Shown here: positions 57,230 through 64,000 of the stretch, in pieces
How the letters are laid out: every line of letters starts with the position of its first letter
How positions within the stretch are numbered: position 1 is the first letter of the stretch
DNA from: Thermodesulfobacteriota bacterium
GTDB lineage: Bacteria > Desulfobacterota > UBA8473
NCBI GenBank assembly: GCA_034189035.1
Contig: JAXHVA010000005.1
Coordinates: 24,628 to 88,627 of the forward strand
Reading direction: 5' to 3'
Length of the DNA: 64,000 nt
Translations under genes and position numbers: made by a program
Notes under the pieces: generated by a model
Seen by the model: only the letters and a program-made list of their open reading frames with translations
Databases searched by the model: none
Told to the model about the DNA's origin: nothing

Positions 57230-59170
57230 CTGGATAATACTATCTCCCTTTATTGTTAAAGTAAATAGGATTTTATCTGAATCTCCGGTCTCGTTAAAAG
57301 AGGTAGCTCCAGAAACCCCTGGATAATTTTTCACCTCATACAGCCCTTCTTTCAGTTCATCTCTTGAGTTAACCCCTTGGTTAATCAAGTCAATGATTAT
57401 ATTAGTTGAATCAAAAGCTTGGGCTTCTAATACGTTTGCTTCCTCTCCAAAAGTCGACTTATATTCATTTATAAAGGCCTGAACAAAAGGATAGGGACTG
57501 TCTTTGAAGAAGCCATCAACAAAAATTGATCCTTGAACGTATTCTCGCGCCATTTTAATAAGCTGTGATGAGTTCCATCCACTTGTTCCTAAAAGCTGTA
57601 TTCCTAAAACATCATAATAGACTAACTGGGGAAGGATCAAACCAACCTTATCATAGTAATCCGGGATAAATAGAGCATCAAATCCAATAATAGGGCTTAG
57701 ATCTTGCTCTTCTATCCCTTTCTCATTGATACTGTCTTCTTTATCCTCAGAAGAATAAAGCCCAACCAGTCTCTTAATCTCATTTTGAAAGTCATTTTGA
57801 TTTGGCCTATATGACTCAATACTTACAACTTCACCATCCTGTTTCAGTATTTCATCCCAGAAAAGCTCCATGAAATCCTCTCCATAATGATTCTTAGGAT
57901 GGAGTATGGCGAACCTTGTTAACCCTAAAGTCTGTATTGCATAATCAGCTAAGGCTTTTGCTTGGAGATTTGGTGTCAGGCTATTTCGAAAGACAAAATT
58001 ACCAATTTCAGTAATCTTGCTCTTTTGAGATAAAACCAAGATTGGAACCTCCTGTTCCTGAGCTTTTTTTGCAGCAGCTTCAGCGGTTGTACTCAAAAGA
58101 GGACCAATAATACAGATCACATTATCCTCGTTTGCGAGCTCATACACTGCATTGGCTGCTACCTCAGGTCTTCCTTGTGAATCCTTGATTATCAATTTCA
58201 TTGGTAGCCCCTCAGGTGATGGGTTGAATACATTAGCAGCCAGTTCTATACCACGAAGGGTCTTCTCACCATATAAAGTATACTTTCCAGAAAGAGGCAA
58301 AATACAACCAATAGCGTAAATATCAGTTGAGAATTTGTTTAAGACTATATCCAACAATCTCTGGATCTTTTGTCTGTATTCATGCTCTGGGTATCTACCC
58401 AGTATTTGATGAAGAGATAAGGCCGCATCTTCAAACCTTTTTTCTTCAATAAAAATCTTTGCCAGTTGAAATGTTGCATAACTGCTTGGAAATCTATCTT
58501 GATACTGGGCGATAATATCCATAAGCTCATTTTTTAATTTACAGGCTGCAATGGTTTTTTTTATCTTCTCCTCTATCTCTTTTATCTGTGTATTATCTGT
58601 CAAGGTATCCATTGCTTTAATATATAATGTGATTGCAGCATTGTAGTTTTCCAACCCCTGATAACTTTGGCCCATTAATAAATATATCTGTACTTCGTCC
58701 TCCCGTCTATAGGCTTGGGAGACTAAGCTCTTTAATATTTCAACCGAAGCTTGAAAGGCATTAGACTTAAGATAGGACATGGCTAACTTAAGGCTCGTTT
58801 TAAAATATAATGTGCTGGTAGGAAAATCTTGCAAAATCTTTTGGAATGTTGCTGTGGATTCATCATATCTTTTCTTTGAAAGATAAATATCTCCCATCAT
58901 AAAAAGGGCATCATCTGTCCTCTCATTCGAAGGAAATCTCGCCATAAAGGATTCAATATACTTTATAGCAGCATCGAAGTTCCCCTCCTCATATTCCTTT
59001 TTAGCCTTATTATAACTCTTTTTTATCTCTTCTTTGAAAGGCTCAGTTTGAGTCTTTTTTACATCGATTTCTACAGAACCATTTTGCCATTCTTTTTTTA
59101 GCGCCGAAGGAGTACAACTAAAAACAAAAGAAAGAAAAAAAATCTGTACGATGGATATCATGTACTTCAT
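57221..59170 (-). CDS. TPR + periplasmic-binding (Peripla_BP_6 / LpoA-LppC-like) lipoprotein
   Basis: 649-aa ORF. Lipobox FVFSC, N-terminal TPR repeats, and a C-terminal Leu/Ile/Val-binding-protein-like fold (IGCILPLSGKYTLYGEKTLRGIELA, IIGPLLSTTAEAAA). Confidence 0.75.
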   Translation of the reverse strand: MKYMISIVQIFFLSFVFSCTPSALKKEWQNGSVEIDVKKTQTEPFKEEIKKSYNKAKKEYEEGNFDAAIKYIESFMARFPSNERTDDALFMMGDIYLSKKRYDESTATFQKILQDFPTSTLYFKTSLKLAMSYLKSNAFQASVEILKSLVSQAYRREDEVQIYLLMGQSYQGLENYNAAITLYIKAMDTLTDNTQIKEIEEKIKKTIAACKLKNELMDIIAQYQDRFPSSYATFQLAKIFIEEKRFEDAALSLHQILGRYPEHEYRQKIQRLLDIVLNKFSTDIYAIGCILPLSGKYTLYGEKTLRGIELAANVFNPSPEGLPMKLIIKDSQGRPEVAANAVYELANEDNVICIIGPLLSTTAEAAAKKAQEQEVPILVLSQKSKITEIGNFVFRNSLTPNLQAKALADYAIQTLGLTRFAILHPKNHYGEDFMELFWDEILKQDGEVVSIESYRPNQNDFQNEIKRLVGLYSSEDKEDSINEKGIEEQDLSPIIGFDALFIPDYYDKVGLILPQLVYYDVLGIQLLGTSGWNSSQLIKMAREYVQGSIFVDGFFKDSPYPFVQAFINEYKSTFGEEANVLEAQAFDSTNIIIDLINQGVNSRDELKEGLYEVKNYPGVSGATSFNETGDSDKILFTLTIKGDSIIQLR

Positions 59171-59433
59171 TTTTGTGTCCAGAGTTCAATAAATTCTTTT
59201 TCAAAAGGCTCTGCTACTCGACTTGACGATATAATCAAGAGATTTTCGTAATTCCACTTTTCTGCTGAAGTTGTCCAGTTATAAGACCCTGAAATAACGG
59301 TTTCCCCATCAATAACTGCGAACTTATTATGCATCGATCCCATTATATTGGCTCTACTGTTATAGAGTCCTTTTTTATATACAACCATTATCCCTTCTTT
59401 CTCAAGATATCTACTCTTTGAATAATTATTCAA
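59167..59433 (-). pseudogene. PLD/Nuc-family (HKD) gene, C-terminal half only
   Basis: The 88-codon frame contains MHNKFAVIDGETVISGSYNWTTSAEKWNYEN, an HxK(x)4D(x)6GSxN motif. It begins right after an in-frame stop with only a TTG start. The N-terminal half expected for a ~155-175-aa Nuc-like protein is absent. It abuts the IS remnant. Confidence 0.55.
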
Positions 59434-59536
59434 TTAAGCAGACCAATATTAAAAGTATTGCAAAAAAGGTGATTTTCAATCTTATAATGCTTTCTTTCAT
59501 GTAAGGGTAAAGAAAGGTAGATACAAGATAACATAT

Positions 59537-60640
59537 TTATGCTTCTGAAATTGAATCCAAGCGCCATTTCCATCGAAAAATAACTGGAGATTCATTTAGT
59601 TTTTTAACTATTTAGATATTCTCTGTTTTAGTTCCTCTTTTGAGTCTACTTATATGCCACGAAGAAATGTTTTTGTCATCTTGGCAAATAGACTTTCGAT
59701 AATATCCAAGCATGATCCATGTGTGAGGGTAAATACAAAATCAAATCCACATCGAACGGCAGCCAAATATTTCCTTGTTTCTTTGGAGATATAAAGCAGA
59801 GTGATTATCCAGTTTAATTCTGATCATTATATTTTCAGGGTAGGTTTCATCCAATATTTTTAATGTATTGCACAAATTCTCGGCTTCGATGTCAATCTGC
59901 CACCATTCCATGGACTTGGCCATTGAAAAGGTCAATTCCTGACAAACAGTTCCATGGCGCTTATATTCATAATCCCTTGCAAAACATCAATATTTTCCTG
60001 AAACCGGAGGAAGGTCGGAAACTGTTTTTGAGACAGCTTGAATGCCAGGTTTTTCATCGTAAGAAAGAACCGTTACTGGCGGAGTATCTTTACCCATTTG
60101 TCTTATCAGTTCTACCTCTTTGTATACGTGTAGAACTTGGGTCATTTTTCGATCAAAGTCAGGATCACGCCGCTCCATGTAATAGCTAATTTTATCTGGT
60201 CGGACATCGCTTTTTTTCAATATTTTGGAAACAGCCCCTCTATTAATCTTTTGATAATGAGGGGCGGCCGTTTTCTTCGCAATGTTCTAGGGCATGCTTA
60301 GCCAGAAGTCTACTTGTCCATAATTCAAAAGAATGGCCCAATTCTTTTGGCTTATGACAAGCAAGGTTTAGGAGCCAAGTTTTGGCCTCAGGGGTTATTG
60401 CTCGGGGTTTACCTGTCCTGGAAAATCATCAAGGATAGGTAACGCACCCAGTTGCAATGCTTTATCAATGCAGCCTTCTATCTTTGGTCGATTTGTTGAA
60501 AGCCTCCGGGCAATAAAAGAAATAGTATGACCATTAGAGTATTCGAAGATCATTCTTGCCCGTTCAATACGAGTAGCGCTTTCAGTTCGAGATTTACTGA
60601 CCTGTTTAAGTTTTTGAATCAAACTAATAAGTTCCATCAA
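59537..60640 (-). mobile_element. IS630-family transposase pseudogene (multiple frameshifts)
   Basis: The fragments lie in at least 4 frames. (1) An HTH N-terminus (IERARMIFEYSNGHTISFIARRL). (2) RAITPEAKTWLLNLACHKPKELGHSFELWTSRLLAKHALEHCEENGRP, from hand translation of ~60230-60390. (3) VLSYDEKPGIQA, the DDE first Asp region. (4) IRIKLDNHSAL. (5) THGSCLDIIESLFAKMTK and a C-terminus LNESPVIFRWKWRL followed by a stop at ~59537. I could not identify terminal inverted repeats. Confidence 0.7.
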
Positions 60641-60841
60641 TAAATGACTTTTTGCTCAATATCTTTATCATCCTCCGATGTAAAGGCAGATCGCACTTTG
60701 CCCTTATATGTCAAAATATACCTGAGGTTTAGATCTTTGTCTTCCCAGATCTTGAAAAAACTGTTTTTTTGTGGATGGTCACTCCCTATAATGTTTTCGG
60801 AGCGAAATCAATAAATGCTTAGGATATTTTCTGGGTGGCTA

Positions 60842-61432
60842 CTAAATAGGGTGATCCTCAATATAAACTACTACATAAAGGTCTCCTGGGAGACCTCCGT
60901 TGATACCTGCTCCTCCTTTTCCATGAAGACATAGCCTTGTTCCTGTTTCAATTCCTGGAGGGATTTTTACAACAAGGGTGTTTTGTTTTGTATATTGAAA
61001 GGTCTTTATCACAGTCTCAACTCCCAGGGTTGCTTCCTCTAAAGATATTCTGTGATTGTACCTTATGTCCTCTCCTCTTTGAGCATTCTTCCTATGATAT
61101 GTCGCTATTCCATAGAACCCTTTGAAAAAATCATAAAAAAAGTTGTCGAATTGAGAAATTCCATATGGAATGTTATGTTTTAATATATGGAGTTCTTTAT
61201 TTCTATGTATAGAATCTCTATAGTTGTCATATTTTAGTCTTTTTTCAGTGTTGTTTAAGACCTCATATGCTTCAACAATATCCTGAAATTTCGCCTCAGA
61301 CTCTTTATCACCAAAGTTTTTATCTGGATGATATTTGTGCGCAAGACTCCTATAGGCCTTTTTAACCTCAATATCATCAGCTTCTCTGTGAATCCCTAAT
61401 ACCTGATAATAATCGGAATTGCCAAAATTCAA
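60842..61432 (-). CDS. truncated DnaJ/CbpA-like J-domain protein (J domain + CTD-I only)
   Basis: 196-aa [11 protein letters not shown]...[14 protein letters not shown] carries the HPD motif. [20 protein letters not shown]...[35 protein letters not shown] follows, and the ORF stops where CTD-II should begin. It has no G/F region and no zinc finger. Confidence 0.8.
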   Translation of the reverse strand: MNFGNSDYYQVLGIHREADDIEVKKAYRSLAHKYHPDKNFGDKESEAKFQDIVEAYEVLNNTEKRLKYDNYRDSIHRNKELHILKHNIPYGISQFDNFFYDFFKGFYGIATYHRKNAQRGEDIRYNHRISLEEATLGVETVIKTFQYTKQNTLVVKIPPGIETGTRLCLHGKGGAGINGGLPGDLYVVVYIEDHPI

Positions 61433-61443
61433 TGCTTTTTATC

Positions 61444-63363
61444 CTATTGTTTATTTTCATCTACCTCTTCGAAGTCGGCATCAACTACATCTTCATCTGA
61501 CGCTTTGTGAAGATCTTCTTCAACATTTGTTTCTTCTGAATCAGAAGCAGCGGTTTGTGAAGCTTGTGAATACATAGCTTCTGCCAATTTATGTGAGGCA
61601 GTGTTGAGTTCTTCACATGCATTTTTAATTGCCTGTGTATCAGAGCCTTCTATTTCTTTCTTCAATTTAACTATAGCTTCTTCTATATTTTGTTTTTCTG
61701 ATGCATCAATAGTATTACCATGTTCCTTAAGGGTCTTCTCTGTAGTATAGATCAAAGCATCTGCTTGGTTTCGTACTTCTGCTAATTCTTTTTTCTGCCT
61801 GTCTTCTTTAGAATGAAGCTCCGCATCTTTTATCATTTGCTTAATCTCTTCTTCTGAGATTCCACTGGAGGCCGTGATCTTAATTGATTGTTCTTTACCT
61901 GTTCCCAGATCCTTAGCAGATACATGGACAATTCCATTTGCATCTATATCAAAGGTCACTTCGATCTGAGGCATTCCACGGGGGGCAGGTGGAATACCCA
62001 CCAATTCAAATCTGCCTAATGTCTTGTTGTACTGTGCTATTTCACGCTCCCCTTGCAATACATGGATGCTAACCGCTGGCTGATTATCCTCTGCTGTAGA
62101 GAATATCTGGCTTTTCTTGGTAGGGATTGTCGTATTCTTCTCAATAAGTTTTGTAAATACACCCCCGAGAGTTTCTATCCCAAGAGAAAGCGGTGTCACA
62201 TCTAAGAGGAGAACATCCTTGACTTCACCCTTTAAAACGCCAGCCTGTATGGCTGCCCCAATTGCAACCACTTCATCAGGATTTACGCCCCTATGTGGTT
62301 CTTTGCCAAATATCTCGCTGACTTTTTGCTGTACTTTTGGCATTCGTGTCATGCCACCAACAAGAATGACCTCATTGATGTCAGATGGCTTTAACCCAGC
62401 ATCTTTTAAGGCAGTTTTGCAAGGGGGTATAAGCTTCTCTATTAAATCATCTACGAGTTGTTCCAGTTTTGATCGGGTTAATTTAACATTAAAATGTTTT
62501 GGACCGCTGGTATCTGCTGCTATGAAGGGAAGGTTAACATCTGTCTCCATAGAAGTAGACAATTCTTGTTTTGCCTTCTCCGCTGCATCTTTTAACCTCT
62601 GCAAGGCCATCTTGTCATTTCTCAAGTCAATCCCTTGATCTTTTTTGAATTCATCAGCTAAGTGACCAATAATCCTCAGGTCAAAATCTTCTCCACCTAA
62701 ATGGGTATCGCCATTTGTCGCTTTTACTTCAAAGACGCCATCTCCAATCTCGAGGATTGATATATCATACGTCCCCCCTCCCAGGTCAAATACTGCTATC
62801 TTTTCATCCTTTTTCTTGTCCAAACCGTAAGCCAATGATGCTGCGGTTGGCTCATTAATTATCCTCAAAACATTCAAACCCGCAATCCTCCCGGAATCCT
62901 TTGTTGCCTGACGCTGGCTATCGTTAAAATATGCTGGTACAGTGATGACTGCTTCTGTTACTTTCTCACCTAAATAATCCTCGGCTGTCTGCTTCATCTT
63001 TTGCAGTATCATTGCCGAGATCTCTGCTGAGCTATAGTCTTTACCCCTAATATTAAGCTGTGCATCCCCATTTTTTGCTTTTGTGATCTTATACGGAAGA
63101 TTGGTTAAGTCATTTTGTACTTCTTTTGAATCGTATTTTCTACCGATAAGCCTCTTTACAGCAAATACTGTATTTTCAGGATTTGTTATTGCCTGTCTTT
63201 TTGCTATTTGACCTACCAACCTCTCCTCTTTATCTGTTATGGCAACCATAGAGGGAGTTGTCCTGCTTCCTTCCGCATTTGTAATAACCTTAGGATCGCC
63301 CCCTTCCATGATGGCAACACATGAATTTGTCGTCCCTAAGTCTATCCCTATCACTTTGCTCAT
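61444..63363 (-). CDS. dnaK: molecular chaperone DnaK (Hsp70)
   Basis: 639-aa [24 protein letters not shown] and [11 protein letters not shown] signatures. Confidence 0.97.
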   Translation of the reverse strand: MSKVIGIDLGTTNSCVAIMEGGDPKVITNAEGSRTTPSMVAITDKEERLVGQIAKRQAITNPENTVFAVKRLIGRKYDSKEVQNDLTNLPYKITKAKNGDAQLNIRGKDYSSAEISAMILQKMKQTAEDYLGEKVTEAVITVPAYFNDSQRQATKDSGRIAGLNVLRIINEPTAASLAYGLDKKKDEKIAVFDLGGGTYDISILEIGDGVFEVKATNGDTHLGGEDFDLRIIGHLADEFKKDQGIDLRNDKMALQRLKDAAEKAKQELSTSMETDVNLPFIAADTSGPKHFNVKLTRSKLEQLVDDLIEKLIPPCKTALKDAGLKPSDINEVILVGGMTRMPKVQQKVSEIFGKEPHRGVNPDEVVAIGAAIQAGVLKGEVKDVLLLDVTPLSLGIETLGGVFTKLIEKNTTIPTKKSQIFSTAEDNQPAVSIHVLQGEREIAQYNKTLGRFELVGIPPAPRGMPQIEVTFDIDANGIVHVSAKDLGTGKEQSIKITASSGISEEEIKQMIKDAELHSKEDRQKKELAEVRNQADALIYTTEKTLKEHGNTIDASEKQNIEEAIVKLKKEIEGSDTQAIKNACEELNTASHKLAEAMYSQASQTAASDSEETNVEEDLHKASDEDVVDADFEEVDENKQ

Positions 63364-63423
63364 GTCATCCTCCTTAATTATATCGACTCATTGTATTATT
63401 AAATATATTGCTATAGCTCAGCT

Positions 63424-64000
63424 TTAATTTTTGCTTGATTCTGTTCCGTCTTTGTCAATTCTATTCTGATCGTCCTTATTGTGTTTGTTAAAAGGAGTTG
63501 CAACTGTAACTTTTGCCGGCCTAAGAAGCCTTTCATGTAAGAAATACCCCTTCTGAAATTCTGAAACGATAGAGTTTGGACGATAGTCGTCAGTTTCAAC
63601 TTGCATCATTGCTTCGTGCCTATTTGGATCGAACTCTTCTCCTACAGAAGAAAAACTGGCCAGGCCAAACTTTTCCAGACCTTTTAAAAATTGATTTAAG
63701 ACAATCTCAACACCTTCTATCAGAGATTTTGAATTGTTTGAATCCTGTCCGTGCTTAAGTGCCATCTCTAGGTTATCCACAACAGGCAATATCTCTCTTA
63801 TAATGTTTTCATTACAATATCTTATTGTCTCTGTTTTCTCTTTCTCTACCCTCTTTTTGTAATTTTCGAGTTCCGCCTTGGCACGTAAATACTTATCGAA
63901 ATTCTCTTGCGCTTCTTTCTCTTTAGCCTCAAGTTGTGCCTTTAATTCTTCTTTGCTACTTTTCTTTTTATCCTTTTTCTCTTTTCCTTGTGAAGGTGCT
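63424..64000 (-). CDS. grpE: nucleotide exchange factor GrpE (5' end beyond window)
   Basis: The track ORF starts at an internal TTG. The hand-checked frame stays open to position 64000 (...KEELKAQLEAKEKEAQENFDKYLRAKAELENYKKRVEKEKTETIRYCNENIIREILPVVDNLEMAL...), which is the typical GrpE coiled-coil plus LPV.DNLERA motif. Confidence 0.9.
   Translation of the reverse strand, partial: APSQGKEKKDKKKSSKEELKAQLEAKEKEAQENFDKYLRAKAELENYKKRVEKEKTETIRYCNENIIREILPVVDNLEMALKHGQDSNNSKSLIEGVEIVLNQFLKGLEKFGLASFSSVGEEFDPNRHEAMMQVETDDYRPNSIVSEFQKGYFLHERLLRPAKVTVATPFNKHNKDDQNRIDKDGTESSKN

Noticed and set aside
59434-59536. Terminal inverted repeats / TA duplication of the IS630 remnant
   Set aside because: I compared ~59440-59600 by eye with the reverse complement of ~60640-60840. 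No convincing matching ends were found, so the element boundaries are left undefined.
62117-62638. 173-aa plus-strand ORF inside dnaK
   Set aside because: Long antisense frames opposite dnaK are a known compositional artefact. There is no RBS or motif, and the dnaK frame is unambiguous.
1-64000. CRISPR arrays, rRNA genes, prophage or defence islands
   Set aside because: No regularly spaced direct repeats, rRNA-like conserved strings, integrase, or phage structural or known defence-system genes were seen. The only mobile-element trace is the decayed IS630 copy.

Overview
AT-rich bacterial chromosomal segment with diderm-type gene content (Tat, LapA, AMIN-type amidase, OPX/PCP polysaccharide export). 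Nearly all of it is transcribed on the minus strand.

Positions 1-25.0 kb are one long co-directional surface-glycan locus:
- 7-8 glycosyltransferase domains
- 2 sulfotransferases
- 3 methyltransferase domains
- a Wzm/Wzt ABC exporter whose ATPase carries a long C-terminal extension
- a Wzy_C/O-antigen-ligase-like membrane protein
- a fused PCP/tyrosine kinase and a Wza-like OPX lipoprotein
- a WecA-type initiating transferase

This locus is interrupted by the only plus-strand gene in the region, an orphan radical-SAM/SPASM enzyme. That gene converges on a DegT-family sugar aminotransferase and lies divergent from a tiny RHH-like ORF. The locus is capped by a putative c-di-GMP module: a variant HD-GYP protein, a PilZ-like protein and an ExeA-like ATPase.

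Positions 25.2-64 kb are mostly housekeeping genes: amidase, UvrD-like helicase, mutS, lapA-like, HIT, phosphoesterase, UPF0280, dnaE, guaA, guaB, glnS, tlyA, ppdK, glyS/glyQ, moaC, tatA/tatC, dnaK, and grpE running off the window end. Among them sit:
- a hybrid histidine kinase with a pseudo-receiver
- a decayed HisKA_2 kinase relic
- an AAA-less GAF plus Fis-HTH regulator
- a heavily frameshifted IS630-family transposase flanked by truncated PLD-like and DnaJ-like genes

I found no rRNA, tRNA or CRISPR array. The best candidates for something undescribed are the hybrid ABC plus Wza/Wzc sulfated/methylated glycan machinery and the rSAM-SPASM/aminotransferase/RHH insert inside it. Motif coordinates were derived by hand and may be off by 1-2 nt.
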